A program made the position numbers and the translations under genes. The notes below the pieces were generated by a model. It was not told the DNA's origin, searched no databases, and saw only the letters and a program-made list of their open reading frames with translations. A DNA stretch of 47,986 nt from an uncultured Peptococcaceae bacterium (GTDB taxonomy: Bacteria > Bacillota > Peptococcia > DRI-13 > UBA5745), in contig CALMWJ010000178.1 in NCBI GenBank assembly GCA_937873525.1, positions 1 through 47,986 of the forward strand, read 5' to 3'. Positions 34,259-43,574 of this stretch are shown here, one piece after another. Position 1 is the first letter of the stretch, and every line of letters starts with the position of its first letter.

Positions 34259-37014
34259 GCCCTTTCCTGCAGCTTTTGCTGAAGCTTATACAAAAAATTC
34301 AAAGCCTCCATGGGTGACAGGTTCATCAAATTTTTCTTTTTCAGGGATTGAATGACAGAACTTATGTTCGGATCATCGGCGGAAGTTCTATGCGCTATGC
34401 TTTTATTCTGTTCCGCCGGTATGGCCGCCGGCTCAGCGAAGAGCTGCAGCTGGTCCTGTCCTTGGGTTTCCCAAGGATTGCCCAAAGCCGCTGGACCCGC
34501 CTGTCCGAGTTTCTTTTCCTTGTTCTTCTCCAACGCTTCAAGAATCATTTCTGCTTTTTCGATGACCGGTTCCGGCAGCCCGGCCAGCTTGGCAACATGG
34601 ACGCCGTAGCTTTTATTGGCAGAGCCCGGAAGGATTTTATGAAGAAATACGATTCGGTCCCCTTCCTCTTCGACGACCAGAGAAAGGTTCTGCACCGCCG
34701 TATTCTGTGTGGCCATTTGGGTCAGTTCAAGATAATGGGTGGCAAACAAGGTCTTGGCCTTGATGTGTCCGACGATATAATCGCTGACCGCCCAGGCAAC
34801 GCTGAGACCGTCCAACGTGCCTGTGCCGCGGCCGACTTCATCCAGAACCACCAGGCTTTCCGGTGTTGCATGCTTCAGGATATGGGCAACCTCGTTCATT
34901 TCCATCATGAAGGTGCTTTGTCCGCCTCTCAGATCGTCGCTGGCGCCCACTCTGGCAAAAATCCGGTCACGAACAGGTATTCGCACTTCGGATGCGGGGA
35001 CAAAGGATCCCATCTGAGCCATGACGAAGGCGATGGCGACGCTCCGGCAATAGGTGCTTTTCCCCCCCATATTCGGGCCTGTGATAATGAATAGGGTGGT
35101 CTCCGCCTTCATGTGGAGGTCATTCGGGACAAAACGGTCGTTCTCCATGATGTGTTCAACCACGGGATGTCGGAGGTCTTTGAAAAACAGGTCCTGCTTT
35201 CCGGAATGCAGGATCGCCGGCCGGCAATAGTGGCGCTTCACAGCAATCTCAGCCAGAGATTGCAGCACATCAAGCCTTGCCAGCGCTCTTGACGTGGCCT
35301 GGACCCGGGACACAGCCTGTCCCACCATGTCCAGCAGCTGCTGGTAAAGGTCCATTTCCAGGGAAAGCATTTTTTCTTCGGCCCCTAAGACCAGACCCTC
35401 CAGCCGGATCAGCTCATCCGTGATAAAGCGTTCCCCGGAGGCCAGGGTCTGCTTGCGCTGGAAGTATTCCGGCACACCCGAAAGATTGGATTTTGTCACA
35501 TCAAAATAATAACCAAATACTTTGTTGTAACCGATTTTTAAAGATTTGATGCCGGTCTTCTCCCTTTCCCGGCTTTCCAGCTCCAGCATCCACTGCCGGC
35601 CATTCCGGGCACTGTGCCTGTATTCGTCCGCCTGGGCGCTGTAGCCGTCGCGAATGAATCCCCCCTCTTTCCAGTTGGCCGGAAGGTCTTCGGCCAAAGC
35701 CCCTTCCAGCAAGCCCCAAAGGTCTTCCAGGGGATCATACTCCTCCAGGATCTCTGAGAATACGGCGGTGGCCGGCAAGGCTTCCACCGCAGAACGCAAT
35801 GCCGGCAGAACCTGAAAAGAGCTCTTGAGAGCCAGCAGCTCCCTGGGGGTCGCGCGGTGGTAGGCGACCCGGGTCATGAGCCGCTCCATATCATAGATCT
35901 CTTTGAGAAGCTTCCGGATTTCCTGACGCGGGCTCCAAGCCTTTGCCAGGCTTTCCACGGCGTCGAGACGCTTTTCAATGGCCTCTTTCTCCACCAGAGG
36001 CCTTTCGATCCAGTCCTTCAGCAGCCGGGAGCCGGCGGCGGTCCGGGTATCGTCCAGCAGGTCGAACAGACTGCCTTTTTTATCAAAGGTGCGCAAATTG
36101 CGCGTGATTTCCAGGTTGCGGAAGGTGGTCGGATCCATGATCAGATGATTTCCGGGTAAATCCAGCTCCAGATGGCGGATTTGCCGGGGCACTGCCTTTT
36201 GTGTCTCGGCCAGATAGATCAGGATCGCGCCGGCGCAATCGCCGGCCAAAGGATATTCCTGCCAAAGCGGCCGCCCTGCGGCCATTTCAGGAAACTGCTC
36301 CGCCAATTGTTCCAGGCTTCTCTGCCGTTCAAATTGCTCTGGCCGCCTCAAGGTGATGGCAGCGGGTTTCCGGTCATCCAGGATCCATTGCTGAGTCAGA
36401 CCAGAAATCATCAGATAGTCATTTTCTGAAATCAGGATTTCACTCGGCTTCAGACGGATCATCTCGGCGGACAGCGTTTCCAGCGCATCTCCCCCCAGAA
36501 ACTGGGCGATCCTCATTTCACCGGTGGAAACCTCACATAAGGACATGCCCCAGGCCTTGTCATCCCCTCGCAAAACAGCGGCAATATAACTCGACGACGG
36601 CTCTTCCGCCGCAATTTCCATCGCCGTCCCCGGCGTCACGATCCGGACGATCCCGCGTTTAACCAGTCCCTTGACGGTTCTGGGATCTTCAAGCTGCTCA
36701 CAAATCGCAACGCGATAGCCTTTCTGGACCAGCTTTGCCAGATACTGTTCCAGCGCATGAAAAGGAATGCCGCACATGGGCATGCGTTCCTCCATTCCGG
36801 CAGCGCGTCCGGTTAAGACGATGTCCAGTTCCCGGGCTGCCGTTTGGGCATCCTCTCCGAAAAACTCATAGAAATCGCCAAGCCGGAACATCACGAGGGT
36901 CCCCGGATTTTCAGCCTTGATTTGCATGTATTGCTTCATCATCGGCGTCTGCGGATTGAAAGCCTGTTTTTCTTCTTTTGAAATGATTGAATTTCCTGCC
37001 TCGCTGCGGCTCAT
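34255..37014 (-). CDS. mutS: DNA mismatch repair protein MutS
   Basis: TPMMKQYMQIKAENPG...FYEFF mismatch-binding motif and Walker A GPNMGGKST. 4-nt overlaps with both miaB and mutL. Confidence 0.95.
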   Translation of the reverse strand: MSRSEAGNSIISKEEKQAFNPQTPMMKQYMQIKAENPGTLVMFRLGDFYEFFGEDAQTAARELDIVLTGRAAGMEERMPMCGIPFHALEQYLAKLVQKGYRVAICEQLEDPRTVKGLVKRGIVRIVTPGTAMEIAAEEPSSSYIAAVLRGDDKAWGMSLCEVSTGEMRIAQFLGGDALETLSAEMIRLKPSEILISENDYLMISGLTQQWILDDRKPAAITLRRPEQFERQRSLEQLAEQFPEMAAGRPLWQEYPLAGDCAGAILIYLAETQKAVPRQIRHLELDLPGNHLIMDPTTFRNLEITRNLRTFDKKGSLFDLLDDTRTAAGSRLLKDWIERPLVEKEAIEKRLDAVESLAKAWSPRQEIRKLLKEIYDMERLMTRVAYHRATPRELLALKSSFQVLPALRSAVEALPATAVFSEILEEYDPLEDLWGLLEGALAEDLPANWKEGGFIRDGYSAQADEYRHSARNGRQWMLELESREREKTGIKSLKIGYNKVFGYYFDVTKSNLSGVPEYFQRKQTLASGERFITDELIRLEGLVLGAEEKMLSLEMDLYQQLLDMVGQAVSRVQATSRALARLDVLQSLAEIAVKRHYCRPAILHSGKQDLFFKDLRHPVVEHIMENDRFVPNDLHMKAETTLFIITGPNMGGKSTYCRSVAIAFVMAQMGSFVPASEVRIPVRDRIFARVGASDDLRGGQSTFMMEMNEVAHILKHATPESLVVLDEVGRGTGTLDGLSVAWAVSDYIVGHIKAKTLFATHYLELTQMATQNTAVQNLSLVVEEEGDRIVFLHKILPGSANKSYGVHVAKLAGLPEPVIEKAEMILEALEKNKEKKLGQAGPAALGNPWETQGQDQLQLFAEPAAIPAEQNKSIAHRTSADDPNISSVIQSLKKKNLMNLSPMEALNFLYKLQQKLQERA

Positions 37015-38315
37015 AGGATTTCCCCTTTGAGAAGAAAGGTCTGCGGTTCAGTGATTTTAACACAATAGAATTTTCCTGCCCCATTTTCTGGACCCGGAAA
37101 ATGGACCAGCTGACTGCCTTCGGACCGGCCGGTCAGGATTCCCGACGAATAAGTTTCCGCCAAAACTTGGACCGTCTGGCCCTGCATGGCCTGGTGTCGT
37201 TTCAGACTGATGGCAGCCTGGGTCTCCATAAGCTGATGAAGCCTTTCCTTCTTTTCCTTCAGCGGAATCTGATCCGGCATAGACGCCGCAGGGGTTCCCT
37301 GACGCGGCGAATACATAAAGGTAAAGGCGGCATCGTAGACCACCGTCTCCGCCAAATGCAGCGTATCCATAAAATCGGCCTCGGTTTCCCCCGGAAAACC
37401 GACGATGATGTCGGTGGTCAAGGTCGCGTTCGGTATTTTGTTGCGAATCGAATGAACCAATTCAAGATATCTTTCCCGGGTGTACCCCCGGTTCATCCGT
37501 TGAAGGATCGTATCGCTTCCGGATTGGACCGGCAAATGGAAATGATGGGATATTTTTGAAGAAGCAGCGATCGTATCGATCATCGATTCCTTGAAATCCC
37601 TGGGATGGGAGGTCATATAGCGGATCCGCTGCAGACCGTCGAGCTTGTCCGCTTCCTGCAGCAGACGATCAAAGCTGGCCCGGCTGTCTTCCAGGTCCCT
37701 TCCGTAAGCGTTGACATTCTGCCCGAGATACATGATCTCCAGAGCGCCTTCGGCCACGCGGCGCCGGCTCTCCTCCAGAATCGCTTCCAGTGAGCGGCTC
37801 CGTTCACGGCCGCGGACATATGGCACGATGCAATAAGTGCAAAAGTTATTGCATCCATACGTAATATTGATCAGCGCCTTGAAGGGGAAAGGCCGGATCG
37901 CAGGCAAATCTTCAATGATCTCGCAGGTTTCGGCGATGTCGCTTTGAAAACCCAGCCCACCCTGGATGTTGCGAATCATGGCCGGCAGCCGGTGCAGACG
38001 GTGCGTGCCGATCACCAGGTCGACATATGGACAGCGGCGGCGCAGCTGCGGGATCATATCCTTCTCCTGTGCCATGCAGCCGCAAAGCCCGATGATCAGC
38101 CCCGGCTTTTCTTCCTTTAATTTTTTAAGCGTTCCAAGGCGGCTGAAGACCTTTTGCTCTGCCTTCTCCCGTATGGAACAGGTATTGAATAGGATCAGCT
38201 GCGCCAAGGATGGTTCATGGGTCATTTCATATCCCATTTGCTGAAGCATCCCCTGAATGGTTTCTGAATCGCGTTCGTTGGCCTGGCAGCCAAAGGTTTC
38301 CAAATATGCCAGCAT
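37011..38315 (-). CDS. miaB: tRNA-2-methylthio-N6-dimethylallyladenosine synthase
   Basis: UPF0004 N-domain with conserved Cys, radical-SAM motif GCNNFCTYCIVP, and a TRAM C-terminus. Confidence 0.93.
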   Translation of the reverse strand: MLAYLETFGCQANERDSETIQGMLQQMGYEMTHEPSLAQLILFNTCSIREKAEQKVFSRLGTLKKLKEEKPGLIIGLCGCMAQEKDMIPQLRRRCPYVDLVIGTHRLHRLPAMIRNIQGGLGFQSDIAETCEIIEDLPAIRPFPFKALINITYGCNNFCTYCIVPYVRGRERSRSLEAILEESRRRVAEGALEIMYLGQNVNAYGRDLEDSRASFDRLLQEADKLDGLQRIRYMTSHPRDFKESMIDTIAASSKISHHFHLPVQSGSDTILQRMNRGYTRERYLELVHSIRNKIPNATLTTDIIVGFPGETEADFMDTLHLAETVVYDAAFTFMYSPRQGTPAASMPDQIPLKEKKERLHQLMETQAAISLKRHQAMQGQTVQVLAETYSSGILTGRSEGSQLVHFPGPENGAGKFYCVKITEPQTFLLKGEIL

Positions 38316-38353
38316 AGCATCCTCCTGATATGAGCATTTTTCAATTGATCTCT

Positions 38354-39469
38354 TTACGGCAGGATCATGCCGCCGCCCAAAACCCGTTCCCCTTGATAGA
38401 ACACCACGGACTGCCCCGGGGTGATGGCTCTTTGCGCTTTTTCAAAAACAAGCTTGATCCGGTCTGGACCCATGGGGTACAGCATCGCCGACGCTTCGGA
38501 GGCGCCGGATCGGATCCGGGCAGCGACCGGGATCGCAGCCTGTGGGAATTCTCCGGAAATGAAATGGTTCTGAGAGGAAATCAAAGTGTCTGAAAACAAA
38601 TCCGCATCATCCCCCAGGACCACCTGGTTCTGCAGAGGATCCAGTTTCAGCACGAAGGCCGGTTTTTGTAAAGCGATGCCCAGACCTTTCCTCTGGCCGA
38701 TGGTATAGCATGCAATCCCCTGATGCCGGCCGAGGATCTTTCCGGTGCGATCGACGAAGTAGCCGGCTTCAAAACCTTTGGCGCAGCCGTAACGTTTCAA
38801 AAACGCCTGGTAATTGTTTTCGGGAATAAAACAGACTTCCTGGCTGTCTTTCTTTTCTGCCGGCGGTATGCCTGCCTGGGCAGCTTCCTGCCGAACTTCA
38901 TCCTTGGTGCTGCAGCCCAAAGGAAAAAGGGTTTTCGATAAAATCTCCTGGCTCAATCCATACAGAAAATAGCTTTGATCCTTTTTGGGATCGCAGCCTT
39001 TCAGAAGGACATGTTGCTGGATCTCCCGATTATACAGGCATCGGGCATAATGCCCGGTAGCCAGCTTGCAAGCCCCTTGCCGTAGTGCAAAGTCCAGCAG
39101 ATGCCTGAATTTGATTTTCGGGTTGCACACCACGCAAGGGTTGGGTGTCAGTCCGGCGGCATAAGTCCTGCAAAAATACTGAATGACCTCGGCATCGAAC
39201 GCTTGGGTCAAATCCAGATGATGAAGCCTGATCTTAAGGAAATCCGCGGTTTTCTGGGCTTCCTGCAGGGCTTTGCTGCCGTTGAACAAGGTCATGGTGA
39301 CCCCTTCCACCGCATAACCAAGCTGGATCAGCCGCAACGCCGTCACCGCACTATCGACGCCGCCGCTGAGGGCTGCCATGATTTTGCTGCCGGCTGCCGG
39401 CAAATCGGCATCGGACGCAAAGGAAGGCTTCGCCTTTTCTTTCAGAGCACATTCGAATAACTGTGTCAT
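38354..39469 (-). CDS. mnmA: tRNA 2-thiouridine(34) synthase
   Basis: PP-loop ALSGGVDSAV, TGHYAR, and catalytic Cys context. The start may be an internal ATG at 39379. Confidence 0.92.
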   Translation of the reverse strand: MTQLFECALKEKAKPSFASDADLPAAGSKIMAALSGGVDSAVTALRLIQLGYAVEGVTMTLFNGSKALQEAQKTADFLKIRLHHLDLTQAFDAEVIQYFCRTYAAGLTPNPCVVCNPKIKFRHLLDFALRQGACKLATGHYARCLYNREIQQHVLLKGCDPKKDQSYFLYGLSQEILSKTLFPLGCSTKDEVRQEAAQAGIPPAEKKDSQEVCFIPENNYQAFLKRYGCAKGFEAGYFVDRTGKILGRHQGIACYTIGQRKGLGIALQKPAFVLKLDPLQNQVVLGDDADLFSDTLISSQNHFISGEFPQAAIPVAARIRSGASEASAMLYPMGPDRIKLVFEKAQRAITPGQSVVFYQGERVLGGGMILP

Positions 39470-40776
39470 GGATGCTTCGGTGGCCTCCTTACGCCTTGGT
39501 CAAGCCCGCTGTGGCTGGGCTTATAATACTGAACCCCTTCCAATTCTTCAGGCAAATAATCCTGTCGTACCCAATGTCCGGGATAATCATGGGGATATTG
39601 ATACGTTTGACCATGGCCGAGTCCTGCCGCGCCGGGATAGTGGGCATCCCGAAGGTGACTCGGCACCGGTCCATACCGTCCCTTGCGAACATCCTCCAAA
39701 GCGGCATCAATGCCTGTATAGGCGGAATTGCTTTTAGAAGCACAGGCCAGATAAACCACGGCCTCGGAAAGGATGATCCTCCCCTCCGGCATGCCGATTT
39801 GTTCATAGGCCTGGGCAGCCGAAGCCGCAACCGTCAAGGCCATGGGATCCGCTAGTCCGATGTCTTCCGCCGCAAGGATCAGGATGCGGCGCAGGATAAA
39901 CCGAGGATCTTCTCCTGCCTGGATCATTCTTGCCAGATAATGGAGCGCCGCATCCGGATCCGAACCGCGCACGCTTTTGATGAATGCTGAAATCACGTCA
40001 TAATGCTGGTCCCCGGTTTTGTCATAGACAACAGCTCTCTGCTGGATCGAATCTTCGGCGCAGACCAGATCGATATGACGATAGCCGTCTTTGGACGGCG
40101 CCGTGGACAAGACTGCCAGTTCCAGTCCGTTTAAGGCCTGCCGCACATCACCCCGGGCCGCGGCGGAAAAATGAGCCAGCGCTTCCGGGGAGATTTCCAC
40201 TTTGAAGCGGCCCAGACCATGCTCGGCATCCCTCAGCGCTCTTTGCAGGATCACCAGAATATCCTGCTCGGTCAAAGGCTCCAGCCGGAAGATCCTGGAT
40301 CGGGACAGCAGGGCTGAATTAACGCTGAAATAGGGATTTTCAGTTGTGGCACCGATCAGTACGATCTTTCCTTCCTCAACCGAGGGGAGCAGCGCATCCT
40401 GCTGTGATTTATTGAAACGATGGATCTCGTCGATGAAAACGATGGTTTTTTTCTGATGGTATTTGAGCTGTTCCTCTGCGTCTTTGACCACTTGCCGAAG
40501 CTCGGCCACCCCTGAGGTCACGGCATTGATCGTGACGAACCGGGCCTGGGTCGCATTGGAAATCACCCTGGCCAGTGTGGTTTTCCCGGTGCCCGGCGGG
40601 CCGTAAAAAATCAAGGAACCCAGCTGATCGGTTTCAATGGCACGGCGCAGCAGCTTCCCCCGGCCCAGGATATGGTCTTGCCCAACCACATCGTCAAGGG
40701 TTTGCGGCCTGATCCGGGCAGCCAAAGGCATTTGTTTTTTCGAGGCTTCTTCTCCTGCAGCGCTGAACAGATCCAT
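39466..40776 (-). CDS. rarA: Replication-associated recombination protein A (AAA+ ATPase)
   Basis: [37 protein letters not shown], and the C-terminal MgsA domain. Trimmed to the ATG at 40776 after AAAGGAG. Confidence 0.92.
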   Translation of the reverse strand: MDLFSAAGEEASKKQMPLAARIRPQTLDDVVGQDHILGRGKLLRRAIETDQLGSLIFYGPPGTGKTTLARVISNATQARFVTINAVTSGVAELRQVVKDAEEQLKYHQKKTIVFIDEIHRFNKSQQDALLPSVEEGKIVLIGATTENPYFSVNSALLSRSRIFRLEPLTEQDILVILQRALRDAEHGLGRFKVEISPEALAHFSAAARGDVRQALNGLELAVLSTAPSKDGYRHIDLVCAEDSIQQRAVVYDKTGDQHYDVISAFIKSVRGSDPDAALHYLARMIQAGEDPRFILRRILILAAEDIGLADPMALTVAASAAQAYEQIGMPEGRIILSEAVVYLACASKSNSAYTGIDAALEDVRKGRYGPVPSHLRDAHYPGAAGLGHGQTYQYPHDYPGHWVRQDYLPEELEGVQYYKPSHSGLDQGVRRPPKHP

Positions 40777-40780
40777 CGGA

Positions 40781-41476
40781 TCAACTCCTTTGATACAACT
40801 GACGGACAACGTAGGAGGCCATCATAAGACCTGCCGATGCCGGCACGAAAATCATACTGGCTGGGCCTTCTCCCCCATGCTTCGGCTCCATGGCCGTTTC
40901 ATCGCTCCAGACAACCGGAACCCCTGTGGTGATCCGCTCGTCCTTCAGCAGCCTGCGAAGCTTCCTGGCCAGTGGACAAGTATGGGTTTTCGCAATATCG
41001 TCGATCCGCAGACGGCTGGGATCCAGCCGATAACCAGCCCCCATCGAGGAAATCAGCGGGATATGTTTCTCAAAGGCGGTTTTGATCAGCTGCGCTTTCG
41101 CCGGCAGATCATCGATGGCATCCACAATGAACGAGAAGTGCCTGCCGCAGAACAATTCATCCATATTCTCCGGCGTCAGCTTGGTTTTAAGATTGACAAT
41201 CTCCAGTTCAGGGTTGATCTGCAGGAAGCGCTTCTCCAGAACGTCGGTTTTATAACGCCCGATCGTACCTTGGGTTGCCGGAAGCTGCCGGTTGATATTG
41301 GTCAGGCTCACCCGGTCGAAGTCCAGCAGATCGAGGTGCCCGACGCCTGACCGGGCAAGGGCTTCCGCGGCAAAAGAGCCAACGCCTCCCAGTCCGCAAA
41401 TCAGGATGCGGGAACGATTCAGTTTTTCGATGGCTTCCTGTCCAAGCAAACGCTGGCTTCTTTCGCGCCAATCCAT
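40781..41476 (-). CDS. tcdA: tRNA threonylcarbamoyladenosine dehydratase (ThiF/E1-like; YrvM)
   Basis: ILICGLGGVGSFAAEALARSGVG Rossmann motif and NINRQ. AAGGAG upstream. Confidence 0.85.
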   Translation of the reverse strand: MDWRERSQRLLGQEAIEKLNRSRILICGLGGVGSFAAEALARSGVGHLDLLDFDRVSLTNINRQLPATQGTIGRYKTDVLEKRFLQINPELEIVNLKTKLTPENMDELFCGRHFSFIVDAIDDLPAKAQLIKTAFEKHIPLISSMGAGYRLDPSRLRIDDIAKTHTCPLARKLRRLLKDERITTGVPVVWSDETAMEPKHGGEGPASMIFVPASAGLMMASYVVRQLYQRS

Positions 41477-41510
41477 AGGCTGCTCCTTATTTGAAGAAAT
41501 TCATCATTCT

Positions 41511-41538
41511 ATTATACCACAAAATCCCCCATTGTAAA
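41511..41538 (-). promoter_or_regulatory. Candidate sigmaA promoter for tcdA-rarA
   Basis: On the minus strand: TTTACA (41538-41533), a 16-nt spacer, then the extended -10 TGGTATAAT (41519-41511). Confidence 0.5.
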
Positions 41539-41573
41539 AAAACAACCCCACAATGCCGTGGGGTCGTTGTTTT
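41536..41573 (-). terminator. Intrinsic terminator downstream of aspS and the structured intergenic RNA
   Basis: Minus-strand RNA: CAA(CGA)CCCCAC-GGCAUU-GUGGGGUUG followed by U7. Confidence 0.8.
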
Positions 41574-41738
41574 GAACCTGCTCGCGCAGGTGGGTGCCCT
41601 CCCGCTTGTTTCATCGTTCCCTCATAAATGAAGGCCTACAAGTCTGCAAACGGAGCTCAGGGGCTCCCTATGTATAAGTGTTGGCTCAAAACATAACGAC
41701 ACGATCACGCACACCGCAGGGTAACCATCGTTGGGTCT
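41536..41738 (-). ncRNA. ssrS: Candidate 6S-like small RNA (about 200 nt) in the aspS-tcdA intergenic region
   Basis: A 300-nt non-coding gap. A promoter-like TTGAAA-17-TGATAGCAT lies just after the aspS stop (about 41773-41745), and an intrinsic terminator lies about 200 nt downstream. Long-range complementarity is extensive. The position matches the one I recall for B. subtilis bsrA (6S-1) between aspS and yrvM. No covariance-model check was possible. Confidence 0.4.
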
Positions 41739-41780
41739 TAATTAATGCTATCACAAGCGCGCCGCTATTTCAAGTCTTGA

Positions 41781-43574
41781 CTATGCTTCCGTGCTCCTTG
41801 TCCGGATCCCGATATGCAGTTCTCTCAGCTGCTTGGGGGCGACGGCGGACGGTGCTTGACTCATCAGCTCCATGGCACTTTGGGTTTTCGGAAAAGCGAT
41901 GACGTCACGGATGGTGTCGCGTTTCAGCATCAGCATGACCAGACGGTCAACACCAAAGGCCAGTCCGCCATGGGGCGGCACGCCATATTCAAAGGCCTCC
42001 ATCAGATAACCGAATTTTTCACGAGCCTCTTCATCGGACAAGCCTAAGGCTTTGAACATAGTCTCCTGAATCGGACGCTGGTGGATACGGATGCTGCCGC
42101 CGCCGATTTCTACGCCATTCAGAACAATATCATAAGCTTGGGCCAGGACCCTTGCCGGATCGGTCAGGATCAGGTCCAAGTCCTCCTCACGGGGCATGGT
42201 AAAGGGATGGTGCATGGAGACAAATCGTTTTTCCTCTTCGGAGTATTCGAATTGCGGGAAATCCACGATCCAAAGGAAATTGAATTGGCTTTCGTCGATC
42301 AGGCCCAGGATCTCGCCAAGCTTCAAACGCAGGTGGCCCAGTGCGGCAGCGGTAACGGACTCCGTGTCGGCCACGAAAAACAGGATATCGCCGGGCTCGC
42401 CTTTCATTTGCTGGATCAGGGCCTGGATCTGCGCTTCAGTAAAGAATTTTGCAATGGGCGACTTATAGCCTTCCTCGGTCAGTGTGATATAGGCAAGGCC
42501 TTTGGCGCCATAAATCGCTGCCAGCTTGGTCAGGTCATCGATCTCTTTCCGGGAGAATTTGGCACAGCCTTTGGCGTTGATGCCCTTCACGCGTCCGCCT
42601 TTTTCCAGGACCTGCACAAAGACTTTGAATTCGCTGCCCTTCACCACATCGGCCACATCCACCAGTTCCAGTCCGAAACGGGTATCCGGCTTGTCCGAGC
42701 CATAGCGCTCCATGGCTTCATGCCAGGACATGCGGGTTAGAGGCAACGGAACGTCCACATTCAAGGTCTCCTTGAACATTTTGGCGATCATACCCTCAAT
42801 CAGGGTCAGAATGTCATCTTGTTCCATGAAAGACATTTCCAGGTCGATCTGGGTAAATTCAGGCTGGCGGTCGGCTCGCAAATCTTCATCCCGGAAACAG
42901 CGGGCGATTTGGAAATACCGGTCAATGCCGGAAACCATCAGCAGCTGTTTATAGATTTGAGGGGACTGGGGCAGCGCGAAAAATTCACCGGGACGCAAAC
43001 GACTGGGAACCAGGAAGTCGCGGGCACCCTCCGGTGAGCTTTTGATCAAGGTCGGCGTTTCAACTTCAAGGAAATCATGATCCAGGAAGTATTCTCTCGC
43101 AACCCGGTTGACCTGGCTGCGCAGCTTCAGGCTGCTGACCATTTCGGGACGGCGAAGATCAAGGTAACGGTATTTCAGACGCACCATTTCATCGACGTCC
43201 ACATGGTCTTCAATATAAAACGGCGGGGTCTTCGAAGGGCTCAGCAGACGGAAATCCGTCGCAAGGACCTCGATTTCGCCGGTTTTCAAATTGGGATTGG
43301 CGGAGCCTTCAGGCCGGGGACGGACTTTCCCCGTCACCGCCAGGACGAATTCGTTGCGGATGGTCTCCGCTTTAGAAAACAGGGTTTCACCGATGGCCGG
43401 GTCGATCACCACCTGGACCATGCCTTCCCGGTCTCTCAAATCCACGAAAATGACGCCGCCATGGTCACGGCGGCGATGGGTCCAGCCCATCAGGGTCAGT
43501 TCCTGCCCTACGTGCTCCAGGGTCACCTGTCCGCAATAGCAGCTTCGTTTTAATCCTTGGATCGACTCGCTCAT
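41781..43574 (-). CDS. aspS: Aspartate--tRNA ligase
   Basis: 597 aa. The OB anticodon-binding N-domain is followed by class II motifs (FQIARCFRDEDLRADRQPEFTQID, GGGSIRIH, GLAFGVDRL). Confidence 0.97.
   Translation of the reverse strand: MSESIQGLKRSCYCGQVTLEHVGQELTLMGWTHRRRDHGGVIFVDLRDREGMVQVVIDPAIGETLFSKAETIRNEFVLAVTGKVRPRPEGSANPNLKTGEIEVLATDFRLLSPSKTPPFYIEDHVDVDEMVRLKYRYLDLRRPEMVSSLKLRSQVNRVAREYFLDHDFLEVETPTLIKSSPEGARDFLVPSRLRPGEFFALPQSPQIYKQLLMVSGIDRYFQIARCFRDEDLRADRQPEFTQIDLEMSFMEQDDILTLIEGMIAKMFKETLNVDVPLPLTRMSWHEAMERYGSDKPDTRFGLELVDVADVVKGSEFKVFVQVLEKGGRVKGINAKGCAKFSRKEIDDLTKLAAIYGAKGLAYITLTEEGYKSPIAKFFTEAQIQALIQQMKGEPGDILFFVADTESVTAAALGHLRLKLGEILGLIDESQFNFLWIVDFPQFEYSEEEKRFVSMHHPFTMPREEDLDLILTDPARVLAQAYDIVLNGVEIGGGSIRIHQRPIQETMFKALGLSDEEAREKFGYLMEAFEYGVPPHGGLAFGVDRLVMLMLKRDTIRDVIAFPKTQSAMELMSQAPSAVAPKQLRELHIGIRTRSTEA

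Noticed and set aside
41480-41780. T-box or other known leader for tcdA
   Set aside because: There is no T-box consensus (…GGUGGUACCGCG…). A separate extended -10 promoter for tcdA lies downstream of the terminator. An independent RNA (6S-like) is the better reading, though a read-through switch is kept as an alternative in the findings.
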